DNA of 64,000 nucleotides, from positions 2,720,001 to 2,784,000 of the forward strand of contig CAXXLQ010000004.1 in NCBI GenBank assembly GCA_963668695.2. Direction: 5' to 3'. Of this stretch, positions 48,223-57,813 are shown piece after piece (the stretch's first letter is position 1; every line of letters begins with the position of its first letter). Origin of the DNA: Vicinamibacteria bacterium. GTDB taxonomy: Bacteria; Acidobacteriota; Vicinamibacteria; Marinacidobacterales; Marinacidobacteraceae. Both the position numbers and the translations under genes were made by a program. Under the pieces are notes generated by a model. That model saw only the letters and a list, made by a program, of their open reading frames with translations. It did not search any database and was not told where the DNA came from.

Positions 48223-48319
48223 GCCGGGTGCCGGTACAGTGCTTTCGGAGGACATCGACCTCCTGCGCTGCGTCTTCCCGGAACAGTGACGCGTTCTCCG
48301 TTTCGTCAGGGGTGGGCCT

Positions 48320-48525
48320 TTAACAGCCTGTGGCAAAACCCACGCGGCGTTCGGTCGGCGATGCATCCCGCCCGAACCACTCCGCTTCGCTCCGTTCTTC
48401 GTTGCGTTTCGGTCGAAATACACCAGGTATTCCTCCCTCACGCGCCTCGTCGGACGGGCGCCTCGCCCCCACCGGGAGAACTGGCCGACCTCGGCGCTCA
48501 CGTGAGTTTCACCACAGGCTGTTAG
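48320..48525 (+). mobile_element. MITE family A with one micro-insert
   Basis: TTAA-CAGCCTGTGG...CCACAGGCTG-TTAG; 183+19 bp. Confidence 0.85.
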
Positions 48526-48546
48526 GTGGGTCACGGGAGACCCTGT

Positions 48547-48788
48547 TCAACAGCCTGTGGCAAAACCCACGCGGCCCAGTTCTCCCGGTGGGGGCTCGCC
48601 CGGCGATGCATCCCGGCTGAACCTCTCCGCTTCGCTCCGTTCTGTGTTGCGTTTCGGTCGAAATACACTCGGGCCAGTTCTCCCGGTGGGGGCTCCTCCC
48701 TCACGCGCCTTGTCAGCCGGGCGCCTCGCCCCCACCGGGAGAACTGGCCGGGCTCGGCGCTCACGTGGGTTTCACCACAGGCTGTTAA
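48547..48788 (+). mobile_element. MITE family A with three micro-inserts
   Basis: TCAA-CAGCCTGTGG...CCACAGGCTG-TTAA; 183+55 bp. Confidence 0.85.
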
Positions 48789-48921
48789 CGTCCGACGTGA
48801 TCCCCCGCCCACGACCGTAGCGCGGCGGCCGGGATGCTGGTAGCATGACCGTCGCAAGCAGCAGGTGACCGGAGGTTTCGTCGCGAAGCGACGGGGCCGC
48901 GTGTTGAAGGGGAAGAGACTC

Positions 48922-50085
48922 ATGTCGAAACAAACTACTCGTCGCGATGTTCTCCGGCGCGGTGTCGCGCTGGCCGGGCTCGGGGCCTTCGGCGTGCCGG
49001 AATGGGCGTTTCCCGCCCTCGCGCAGGGTGAGGAGCTCGTCGAGTTCACGGACCTGCCGAAAGAGATCGTGCTGGAGCGGACGCCGGACCGCCGCATCAT
49101 CGACGTCCGGAATATCGACGGGCCGATCACGCCGGCCGACCAGTGGTTCACCACCCAGCACCACGGCCATCCGGAGATCGATCCGGACACCTACCAGTTG
49201 AAGGTGTCGGGCATGGTGAACGACACGCTCAGTCTGTCGCTGGCCGACCTCCGGGCGATGCCCAGCCGGGAGCTGGTGTTCGGGTTCGAGTGCTCGGGCA
49301 ACCGGGGCCCGTTGAACGGGTCGTCGAGCAACGGGCGCTGGACCGGCGTCCCGCTGCGGACGGTCCTCGAGCGGGCGGGCCTGCAGGATCGCGCCCGCGA
49401 GATCGTCTTCTTCGGGGCCGATCACGGCGAGGAAGAGGTGGTGTTCCGTTTCGGGACCCACAACGTCGACCAGCAGTACGGCCGTAGCCTGCCGCGGGAC
49501 AAGGCGCTGTCGGACGAGCCGCTGCTGGCCTACGCCCTGAACGGCGAACCGCTGACCGTGCACCAGGGCCGTCCGCTCCGGCTGCTGGTCCCCGGCTGGT
49601 ACGGCGCGCCGAACGTCAAGTTCCTCTCCGGGATCCACGTGCAGGAGGACCCCTATCTCGGCAAGTACCAGGCGCGCTGGTACCGCACCCTGAAGGGGGA
49701 GATGATCAACGGCGAGATGAAGTGGGTCGAGACCGCGATCACGAAGATGCGGCTGAAGTCGTACATCGCCCGGGTGACGAAGGTGGGCGACCACCACCGC
49801 GTCTTCGGGGTGATCATGCACGACGGCACTCCCATCGAGTCGGTCGAGGTGCGGGTGGACGACGGTCCGTGGCAGGCCGCGACCCTCGACCCCACCATGA
49901 CCGAGAAGTACTCGTGGAAGTTCTTCACGTACGACTGGCGCGGGGCGACGCCGGGCGAGCACACCGTCACCTCGCGCGCCACCGACGTGAGCGGCTACCG
50001 GCAGCCGACGGCCGAGGAGCTCGAGGTCAAGCGGACCCGCCTCGAGCAGAACAACCAGCATCCGCGGACGCTGATCATCGCCTGA
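48922..50085 (+). CDS. Tat-exported molybdopterin oxidoreductase, sulfite oxidase family
   Basis: TRRDVL Tat motif, FECSGNR, WTGVPL, YGRSL, LNGEPL..HQGRPLRLLVPGWYG..NVK. Confidence 0.9.
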   Translation: MSKQTTRRDVLRRGVALAGLGAFGVPEWAFPALAQGEELVEFTDLPKEIVLERTPDRRIIDVRNIDGPITPADQWFTTQHHGHPEIDPDTYQLKVSGMVNDTLSLSLADLRAMPSRELVFGFECSGNRGPLNGSSSNGRWTGVPLRTVLERAGLQDRAREIVFFGADHGEEEVVFRFGTHNVDQQYGRSLPRDKALSDEPLLAYALNGEPLTVHQGRPLRLLVPGWYGAPNVKFLSGIHVQEDPYLGKYQARWYRTLKGEMINGEMKWVETAITKMRLKSYIARVTKVGDHHRVFGVIMHDGTPIESVEVRVDDGPWQAATLDPTMTEKYSWKFFTYDWRGATPGEHTVTSRATDVSGYRQPTAEELEVKRTRLEQNNQHPRTLIIA

Positions 50086-50182
50086 CGGAGGGCGCCGGCG
50101 CTCCGTTGTCCTTCCGGCGGCCCTGCGGACACGTTCTGCGGGCCGTCGTCGCTTGCGCGCCATGGCGAGCGTGGGGCTGGGG

Positions 50183-50326
50183 GAGCCGCTCTTCGCCTTC
50201 GACGTGCACGTAGTGCCGCGGACGGTATTGCTGGTCGTGGTAATGGCGCTCTTCGAGGAGGACCGCTGGAGCGTGGATGGATGGCTCTCGCGCCGCCGGG
50301 CCGCGAGGGCAGGCCAGGATCGCTAA
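50183..50326 (+). pseudogene. Diverged duplicate of the doxX 3' end
   Basis: EPLFAFDVHVVPRTVLL..LFEEDRWSVDG..R* is colinear with 47280-47423 and has the same length. Confidence 0.8.
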
Positions 50327-50411
50327 CCGTCGGCCCCCCGATATTCTTCGGACTCCGTGGGGCGGTTGGGCCCCACCTCGTTCCCCCAGCCCGGCTTCGA
50401 CCATCTTGACC

Positions 50412-53039
50412 ATGACCACCAAATCCGATCTCCGGACCCCGCTCCCGGGCGCTGTCCGCACCCTTCGCGCTCTTGGCCTCTCCGGCCTTGTCGCCCTCGG
50501 CAGCTTCTCTACCCAGGCCGCAGCTCAAATCCCTGCCCCTGAGGAGTTCTTCGGACACCGCATGGGTGCGGACCGCAAGCTCGCCCACTGGGACCGGCTC
50601 GTCGAGTACTACGAGCTCATCGGCGGGGCGAGCGACCGGGTCCAGGTCGTCAACATGGGTCCCTCGACGCTCGGGCGGCCCTTCCTCTCGATCTTCATCT
50701 CCTCCCCGGAGAATCTGGCCCGGCTCGACGACTACCAGCGGATGAACGCAGTCCTCCAGGACCCGCGCGGGCATTCGCAGGGGGAAATTGACCAGGCCAT
50801 CGCCGAGGGCAAGGTCGTCTTCGTCCAGTCCTACGCGCTCCACTCGACGGAGGTGGCGGCCGCCCAGTCGGCGGCGGAGATCGTCTGGTCCTTTGCCAAC
50901 CGCGACGACCCCGGGATCCACGAGATCCTCGACAACACGATCTCCATCCTGATCCCCTCCTTCAACCCCGACGGGGTGGACCTGGTGAACGAGTGGTACG
51001 ACCGCTGGGTGGGCACCGAATACGAAGGGGCGGGTCCGCCCGGGCTGTACCACCACTACATCGGGCACGACAACAACCGCGACGCCTTCATGCAGAACAC
51101 GGTGGAGTCGCGATACGGGGCCCAGATCATGTTCCGCGAGTGGATTCCGCAGGCGTATATCGACCACCACCAAATGGGGGCTTACACCGCCCGCATCTAT
51201 CTGCCGCCGTACGCCGAGCCCATCCGTCCCGCTGGCGACCCGCTCGTCTGGCGGGAGATGTCCTGGTACGGCGCGCAGATGGCATACCGCATGGAGGAAG
51301 AGGGCCTCGAGGGGGCGGTGAACGCCGCGATCTATTCCGGCTGGGGGCATTTCGGGTTCCACTGGCTCACTCCCTTCCACAACATCGCCGGGATGCTCAC
51401 CGAGTCCGCCAGCGCTCGTCTGGCGACGCCGCTGTTCGTGCATCCGGACCAGCTCCGGGGCTCCCGAGCGCTCCCGGAATACGAAGCGCAGACCACCTTC
51501 CCGAACCCCTGGCCCGGCGGCTGGTGGCGGGTGCGCGACATCGTGGACCGGCAGATCTCCGCCACCTTCTCCCCGCTCGAGATGGCCGCCCGGAACCGCG
51601 AGACCGTCCTGCGGAACGCCTGGAACAAGGCCAGCCGCCAGATCCGGCGCGGCGCCGAGGACGAGGTCAAGGCGTACCTCGTGCCGGCGCGCCAGCACGA
51701 CCCGCTGACCATGGGCAAGATGGTGGACAAGCTGCTCCTCCAGGGGATCACCATGGAGCGCTCGTCCACCGGCTTCATCCATGAGGGCCGGGTGTACGGG
51801 CCGGGGACCTGGGTGGTGTCGCTCGCGCAGCCGAAGCGCGGCGTCGTCCGCTGGCTCCTGGGTCGCACCCTCTACCCGGACAACACCTACACGCGCACCG
51901 CCGGCGGCGATCCGATCCGTCCCTACGACATGTCCGGCGACGTGCTGGCCGAGTTCATGGGAGTGCGCGTGGACGAGGCGCGCACGCCGGTGGAGGCGGA
52001 GCTCGAAGTGGTCGCCGAAAGGAAGCTGCCCCCGGGGACGGTCGCGTCCACCGCGCCGGGCGGCTACCTCATGGACGGCGCGCTGAACGACGCGTTCAAG
52101 GCGGTGAACCTGCTGTTCGATGCGGGTGCGTCCCTCCGCCGCGTCACCGAGGACACTGGCATGGCGAAGCGCGGGGACTTCATCGTCGCCCGGGAGACCG
52201 CCGGGGAGACGCTCGGCGAGGTGGCGGAAGCCACCGGAGTCAGCTTCACCGCCCTCGCTACCGACGCTTCCGGCGCCTCGCACCCGCTGTCGCAGCAGCG
52301 CATCGGGATGTACCAGCGCTACTACGGCGGCAACATGGACGAGGGTTGGACCCGCTGGCTCCTCGAGGACTTCGGTTTCGATTACACCAGTCTCTTCGAC
52401 GAGGAGATCCTCGCCGGCGAGCTGCACGAGCGCTGGGATGTGATCGTCCTTCCCGCCGACTCGAAGGCCATGATGCTCGGGCCGTCCGGGGATTCCCCGG
52501 GTGGGTTCGGCCCCGACCCCAACCAGACGCCGCCGGACTACCGGAGCGGTTTCGGAGCGGAGGGCGCCGAGGCCCTCGAGGCTTTCGTTGAAAACGGCGG
52601 CACCCTCGTGACCTTCGCCCAGGCGGGACAGCTGGTGCTCGACGAGTTCGATGTTCCGGTGCGCGACGCCGTGGCCGGCAGGTGGGGGAACGAGTTCTGG
52701 GCGCCGGGCTCGACGCTCAAGGTCAAGGTGGACACCTCGAGTCCGTTTGCGTACGGGATGCCGGAGGATGCGCTCGCCGCCTATCTCGCCGGCGGGCAGG
52801 TCTACGAGACGGTCCCCGGCGCGCGCAGCGCCGACGTGCGGCGTGTGCTGACCTACGTGGATCGGGACATCCTGCAAAGCGGCTGGCTGCTCGGCGAGGA
52901 CGCCATCGCCGGCAAGGCCGCCATGGTGTCGGTTGACCACGGGGAGGGTCAGGTCGTGATGATCGGCTTCCGCGCGCAGCACCGCGCCCAGACCCACGGC
53001 ACCTACAAGCTGTTCTTCAACGCGCTGGTGGGGGAGTAG
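50412..53039 (+). CDS. M14-family zinc carboxypeptidase-like protein, secreted
   Basis: LHSTE, FNPDG, YIGHDNNRD, DHHQMG, MDEGWTRW. Confidence 0.88.
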   Translation: MTTKSDLRTPLPGAVRTLRALGLSGLVALGSFSTQAAAQIPAPEEFFGHRMGADRKLAHWDRLVEYYELIGGASDRVQVVNMGPSTLGRPFLSIFISSPENLARLDDYQRMNAVLQDPRGHSQGEIDQAIAEGKVVFVQSYALHSTEVAAAQSAAEIVWSFANRDDPGIHEILDNTISILIPSFNPDGVDLVNEWYDRWVGTEYEGAGPPGLYHHYIGHDNNRDAFMQNTVESRYGAQIMFREWIPQAYIDHHQMGAYTARIYLPPYAEPIRPAGDPLVWREMSWYGAQMAYRMEEEGLEGAVNAAIYSGWGHFGFHWLTPFHNIAGMLTESASARLATPLFVHPDQLRGSRALPEYEAQTTFPNPWPGGWWRVRDIVDRQISATFSPLEMAARNRETVLRNAWNKASRQIRRGAEDEVKAYLVPARQHDPLTMGKMVDKLLLQGITMERSSTGFIHEGRVYGPGTWVVSLAQPKRGVVRWLLGRTLYPDNTYTRTAGGDPIRPYDMSGDVLAEFMGVRVDEARTPVEAELEVVAERKLPPGTVASTAPGGYLMDGALNDAFKAVNLLFDAGASLRRVTEDTGMAKRGDFIVARETAGETLGEVAEATGVSFTALATDASGASHPLSQQRIGMYQRYYGGNMDEGWTRWLLEDFGFDYTSLFDEEILAGELHERWDVIVLPADSKAMMLGPSGDSPGGFGPDPNQTPPDYRSGFGAEGAEALEAFVENGGTLVTFAQAGQLVLDEFDVPVRDAVAGRWGNEFWAPGSTLKVKVDTSSPFAYGMPEDALAAYLAGGQVYETVPGARSADVRRVLTYVDRDILQSGWLLGEDAIAGKAAMVSVDHGEGQVVMIGFRAQHRAQTHGTYKLFFNALVGE

Positions 53040-53159
53040 GGCGCCTCACCGGAAACGCGGCCCGCCGGCCGGCGAAAAAGCGGTCCGACGGCCGGCGAAA
53101 AAGCGGGCGGCCGATTCTTCGGAAGGTCCCTTGTCCTAGCGGAAGGTCCCTTGTCGTAG

Positions 53160-54161
53160 CTAGGCCGGGACGGGCTCGGCGCCGACCGTGGTCCGATCCT
53201 GGTTCTTGAGGATCCACTCACCGGTCAGGGCGAGCCCCGCTTCGAGGGACGTCTTGGGCGTCCAGCCGAGGCCGCGAATCCGGCCCGTGTCCATGCTGTA
53301 ACGGCGGTCATGTCCGGGCCGGTCGGCCACGTGGGCGATACGGCCCTTCCGGCCGCTCATCCGCTCCGCGAGAGTCAGGATGTGACCCGCCATCTCCAGA
53401 TTCGTTCTGCGATCCTCGCTGCCGACGTTGTAGATGGCGCCCGGGGTTCCGGCGCGCAGGAGCAGATCCAGCGCGGCGCAGTGGTCGGCGACGAAGAGCC
53501 AGTCGCGGATCTGCCGTCCGTCCCCGTACACCGGAAGCGCCTCGCCGGCGAGCGCCTTGGCGAAGAAGGTCGGAGTCATCTTCTCGTGGTGTTGGCGCGG
53601 GCCGTAGGTGTTGGCGCCGCGACTGATGATCACCGGCAGTCCGTGAGTGGCACGGTAGGCAAGGGCCAACAGATCGGCGCCGGCCTTGCTGGCGGCATAC
53701 GGGTTCTTGGGCGCCAGGGGCGCTTCTTCGTCGACGTCTCCCTCCGGGATCTCCCCGTAGACCTCGTCCGTCGAGACCTGGAGGAGCAGCCTTCCCCGTG
53801 GGGATCGGCGGAAAGCTTCCAACAGGACCGCGGTCCCCAGGGTGTCGGTGCGGGCGAAGGCCTCGCCATCGAGGATGGCGCGGTCCACGTGGGTCTCGGC
53901 AGCGAAATTGATCACGTAGTCCGCCCGGGCGGCCAGCGGCTCGCTGACTGCCTGGTCGCAGATGTCGCCGTGGATGAACTCGTGGCGGGGATTCGCGAGC
54001 GCGGCGCCGAGGTTGTCCAGGGACCCCGCGTAGGTCAACTTGTCCAACGTGACGACCCGGCAGTCCGGGTAGCGGGCGAGCAGGAGGTCCACGAAGTGGC
54101 TTCCGATGAAGCCGGCTCCGCCGGGCACCAGAAACGTCGGGTCGGCAGGCACTTTGGACAT
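53160..54161 (-). CDS. rfbB: dTDP-glucose 4,6-dehydratase
   Basis: GGAGFIGS, DKLTYAG, FAAETHVDR, STDEVYG, PYAASKA, DRPGHDRRY. Confidence 0.95.
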   Translation of the reverse strand: MSKVPADPTFLVPGGAGFIGSHFVDLLLARYPDCRVVTLDKLTYAGSLDNLGAALANPRHEFIHGDICDQAVSEPLAARADYVINFAAETHVDRAILDGEAFARTDTLGTAVLLEAFRRSPRGRLLLQVSTDEVYGEIPEGDVDEEAPLAPKNPYAASKAGADLLALAYRATHGLPVIISRGANTYGPRQHHEKMTPTFFAKALAGEALPVYGDGRQIRDWLFVADHCAALDLLLRAGTPGAIYNVGSEDRRTNLEMAGHILTLAERMSGRKGRIAHVADRPGHDRRYSMDTGRIRGLGWTPKTSLEAGLALTGEWILKNQDRTTVGAEPVPA

Positions 54162-54195
54162 CAAGGGCAATTTATGGGTTCTCGACCATTTGCGG

Positions 54196-55206
54196 TCAGG
54201 CGACCTGGAGAACGATCTTGCCGAAGTGGGCGCCGCGTTCCATGCGCTCGAGCGCCGCGGGAAGTTCGGCGAGCGGATAGTGGCTATCGAGGACGGGCCG
54301 GATGTCCGTTCCTTCGAGGAAGCGCACCAGATCCCGGAGCGCCCGGCGGCAGTCGGTCATGACGCCTGCGATCCGGATCCGGCGCATGACCGCGGGTGCG
54401 AACTGCACTTGGGCCTCGAGTCCGGTGAGGGCGCCGAGCAGCGCCACCGTTCCTCCGGCGGCGGTGGCTCGGAGCGACTGGCCAAGCGTCCCGGCGCCGC
54501 CGTTTTCGACGACCAGGTCCGCACCCTCACCGTTCGTGGCCTCCCGCACGGCCCGGTCCCAATCCGCCACTTCCGTGCGGTGGATTCCTACGTCAGCACC
54601 CAGGGATCGGGCTCGTTCCAGCTTTTCGTGAGAAGACGAAGTGATGATCACCCGTGCTCCCAGGGCCTTGGCGATCTGGAGAGCGAACACGGAAACCCCG
54701 CCGGTCCCCAGGGTGAGGACCGTCTGGCCGGCCTGAATCGGGCCCTCGGTGACGAGGGCGCTCCACGCGGTAAGGGCTGCGATAGGAAGCGAAGCGGCCT
54801 CTTCGTGGCTCCACCCGGAAGGTGCGTGACAAAGCGCCGCCTCCGGGAGGACGACTTGTTCCTGGCCCATCCCCGGGCCCGGTCCGCCCAGCGTGGCCCG
54901 CGAGTACTCGCGCCGGAAGCGGCCGTCTTCCCAGCCCACCACCGGATGGGTGATGACCCGATCTCCGGGCGAGAAGGCAGCGACTCCCTCGGAGACTTCG
55001 AGGACAACGCCCGCTCCGTCGCTGACCGGAACCTGGGGCAGCGGCAGCCGCGGGTTGTAGAGCCCTTTCAGGATCAAGAGGTCCCGGTAGTTCAGCGAAG
55101 CGGCGTGAAGTCCGACCAGAACCTCGCCCGGACCCGGCTCGTCGGGGCGGCACTCCTCGATTCGGAGGTTTTCGGCGCCAAACCGATGGAATACCCAGCG
55201 CTTCAC
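54196..55206 (-). CDS. MDR-family NAD(P)-dependent alcohol dehydrogenase/quinone reductase
   Basis: SLNYRD, SDGAG, TAWSAL, GTGGVS, HFGKIV; GTG start. Confidence 0.9.
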   Translation of the reverse strand: MKRWVFHRFGAENLRIEECRPDEPGPGEVLVGLHAASLNYRDLLILKGLYNPRLPLPQVPVSDGAGVVLEVSEGVAAFSPGDRVITHPVVGWEDGRFRREYSRATLGGPGPGMGQEQVVLPEAALCHAPSGWSHEEAASLPIAALTAWSALVTEGPIQAGQTVLTLGTGGVSVFALQIAKALGARVIITSSSHEKLERARSLGADVGIHRTEVADWDRAVREATNGEGADLVVENGGAGTLGQSLRATAAGGTVALLGALTGLEAQVQFAPAVMRRIRIAGVMTDCRRALRDLVRFLEGTDIRPVLDSHYPLAELPAALERMERGAHFGKIVLQVA

Positions 55207-55310
55207 GGGGGGCAGTGTACCGAGCGGCCCCGGCGATCGGCGCTCTTCTCCTGGCGGTGACTCCGCTCGATCCGCGCCTCCCGATGGTTCGCCCCGGCCA
55301 ATCGACACTG

Positions 55311-55524
55311 TCAGCAGCCGGTGGTGAAACCCACGCGGCGTTCGAGCGGCGATGCATCCTTGCTGAACCGCTTCGCTCGTCGTTGCGCTTCGGTCGAAAT
55401 ACACCCGGGCCAGTTCTCCCGGTGGGGGCTCCTCCCTCGCGCGCCTTGTCAGCCGGGCGCCTCGCCCCCACCGGGAGAACTGGCCGCTCTCGGCGCTCAC
55501 GCGGATTTCGCCACGGGCTGCTAG
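55311..55524 (+). mobile_element. MITE family A with two micro-inserts and a 10-bp deletion (210-bp unit)
   Basis: TCAG-CAGCCGGTGG...CCACGGGCTG-CTAG between divergent genes. Confidence 0.85.
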
Positions 55525-55535
55525 TGTTCGCCCGC

Positions 55536-55991
55536 ATGTCCGAGGGCACGCTTTTCGACCGGATCATCCGGGGCGAACTGCCGAGTTACCGCGTCTATGA
55601 GGACGACTTGGTGTACGCGTTCCTGGACATCGGCCCGCAGAGCGCCGGACATCTGGTGGTGGTACCGAAGGAAAGCAAGGAAACCCTCGGTGAACTGTCC
55701 GACGACTCCTCCGCCGCCATCGGAAGGGTGCTGCCCCGGATCTGCCGGGCGGTCGCGAAGGCCACCGGCACCCCGCACTGCAACATACTCCAGAACAACG
55801 GTCAGCCCGCCGGCCAGGCGGTTCCCCACGTACACTTCCATGTCATCCCCGCCCACGGCCGCCGGAGCGAACCGGGGCAAGGACTTCACACGGTCTGGCG
55901 TCCGGGGTCACTCGGCGCCCCCGAAGGAGAGCGAATCTCGGCAGGTATTCGCGACGCCCTCGCTGATGAAGTGGCGGCTCGCGGCTCCTGA
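55536..55991 (+). CDS. HIT family hydrolase
   Basis: AFLDI.P...GH.VV.PK, NNG..AGQ.V.HVHFHVIP. Confidence 0.92.
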   Translation: MSEGTLFDRIIRGELPSYRVYEDDLVYAFLDIGPQSAGHLVVVPKESKETLGELSDDSSAAIGRVLPRICRAVAKATGTPHCNILQNNGQPAGQAVPHVHFHVIPAHGRRSEPGQGLHTVWRPGSLGAPEGERISAGIRDALADEVAARGS

Positions 55992-56048
55992 TTCCGGAGG
56001 ACGCCGCCACTTGGCCATGACGCCGGGTGGCCGTCCGCAGAAAGCACG

Positions 56049-57809
56049 ATGACCAAACCCTGGCGGCGAACCGGCGCGCAACTCATCTGGGAGACCCTCC
56101 TGGAGGAGGGTGTGCACACGGTGTTCGGGTATCCGGGCGGAGCCATCCTGCCGGCGTACGACGCCATGCTGGACTACCCGATGCGCCACATCCTCGTGCG
56201 GCACGAACAGGGCGCAACCCACATGGCGGACGGCTACTCCCGGGCGAGCGGGGACGTGGGGGTGGCGGTCGCGACCTCCGGACCCGGCGCGACGAACATG
56301 GTGACCGGGATCGCCACGGCGATGCTGGATTCTTCGCCCATCCTGTGCATCACCGGCCAGGTCGGCAGCGCGCTGATCGGCACCGACGCTTTCCAGGAGA
56401 CCGATGTCACCGGCGTCACCCTTCCGATCACGAAGCACAACTACCTGGTGACCGACGTGGACGACGTCGCGCCGGCGATTCACGAGGCCCTCTACGTCGC
56501 CCGCTCCGGCCGTCCGGGCCCGGTGCTGGTAGACATCACCAAAGACGCCCAGCAGGCATTCACCGAGCAGCGCCCGCGCCTCGGGAAGGTGGACCTACCG
56601 GGTTACCGTCCCGAGCCGAAGCCGCCGGAATCCGAGTTGCGGAGGGCCGCGGAGCTCATCAACCGGGCGAGCCGCCCGGTCATCCTCGCCGGGCACGGCA
56701 TCCTGATATCGGGTGCGATGGGGCAGGTCCGGGAACTGGCCGAGCGCGCCCAAATACCGATCGCCATGACGCTCCTCGGCATCGGCGCGATCCCGGCGAA
56801 CCATTCCCTGAACATGGGAATGATGGGGATGCACGGCGAGTCGTGGGTGAACCAGGCCATCCAGGAGGCCGACCTGCTCATCGCGCTCGGGATGCGGTTC
56901 GACGATCGGGTCACCGGCAACCTCAAGACCTACGCCCCGAACGCCGCCAAGATCCACATCGACATCGATCCGGCCGAATTCAACAAAAACGTCCGGGTGG
57001 ACGTGGCCCTCGCCGGCGATCTGGCGGCCGTGCTCACCCATCTCTCACCCGAGGTCGAGGCCCGGGACCGCTCGGAATGGCTGGGGACGATCTCCGGCTT
57101 CAAGGGGGACACGTCGGTCCGCGACATCCAGGACCTGCCCGATATGGGGCGCCTGTATGCGGCGCACGTTATTCACGACATCTGGCGCATGACCGGCGGG
57201 AAGGCGATCGTGGCGACGGATGTCGGCCAGCACCAGATGTGGGAAGCCCAGTACTACCCGCACAACAAACCCCGGTCGCTGATCACGTCCGGCGGACTGG
57301 GGACGATGGGGTTCGCGCTACCGGCCGCGATCGGCGCCAAGGTGGCGCGCCCCGATGAGGAGGTGTGGGTCATCGCGGGAGACGGCGGCTTCCAGATGAC
57401 CATGTGCGAGCTGGCCACGATCGCGCAGGAACGGCTGAAGATCAACATCGCCATCATCAATAACGGGTACCTGGGCATGGTGCGGCAGTGGCAGGAGTTC
57501 TTCTACGACCGCCGCTATGCCGGAACCCCGATCCTGAGCCCGGATTTCGCCGCCCTCGCCCGGTCCTTCGGACTCGGCGGCGAGACCGTCCGGAATCGCC
57601 AGGAAGTCGAGAGCGCGGTCGAGGGCGCCCGCGCCGACGAGAGGACCGTGGTCCTCGACTTCAAGGTCGAAAAGGAGGACACGGTGTACCCCATGGTGCC
57701 GACGGGCGCCCGCCTCCAGGACATGATCCGGCGGCCGGGGCCCCACTCGGAAGGCGACCCGGAGCCGGAAGGCGACCCGGTGACTGCCGGCGGCCCCCGG
57801 GAGTGGTGA
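56049..57809 (+). CDS. ilvB: Acetolactate synthase large subunit
   Basis: FGYPGG, RHEQGA, TSGPGATN, RFDDRVTG, DVGQHQM, GDGGFQM..NNGYLGMVRQWQ. Confidence 0.96.
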   Translation: MTKPWRRTGAQLIWETLLEEGVHTVFGYPGGAILPAYDAMLDYPMRHILVRHEQGATHMADGYSRASGDVGVAVATSGPGATNMVTGIATAMLDSSPILCITGQVGSALIGTDAFQETDVTGVTLPITKHNYLVTDVDDVAPAIHEALYVARSGRPGPVLVDITKDAQQAFTEQRPRLGKVDLPGYRPEPKPPESELRRAAELINRASRPVILAGHGILISGAMGQVRELAERAQIPIAMTLLGIGAIPANHSLNMGMMGMHGESWVNQAIQEADLLIALGMRFDDRVTGNLKTYAPNAAKIHIDIDPAEFNKNVRVDVALAGDLAAVLTHLSPEVEARDRSEWLGTISGFKGDTSVRDIQDLPDMGRLYAAHVIHDIWRMTGGKAIVATDVGQHQMWEAQYYPHNKPRSLITSGGLGTMGFALPAAIGAKVARPDEEVWVIAGDGGFQMTMCELATIAQERLKINIAIINNGYLGMVRQWQEFFYDRRYAGTPILSPDFAALARSFGLGGETVRNRQEVESAVEGARADERTVVLDFKVEKEDTVYPMVPTGARLQDMIRRPGPHSEGDPEPEGDPVTAGGPREW

Positions 57810-57813
57810 GCAG

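Larger units (their letters stand above)
47483..48289 (+). pseudogene. Metzincin/matrixin-like zinc metalloprotease with an in-frame MITE and a repeat-derived premature stop at 48179
   Basis: HELLHILGFVH, Met-turn-like GVPMFP, and downstream same-frame LSEDIDLLRCVF. Confidence 0.65.

Noticed and set aside
49995-52997. Very long antisense ORFs (also 60-2375, 25123-27567, 60030-62327 and others)
   Set aside because: They are shadow frames of high-GC genes with no recognisable motifs.
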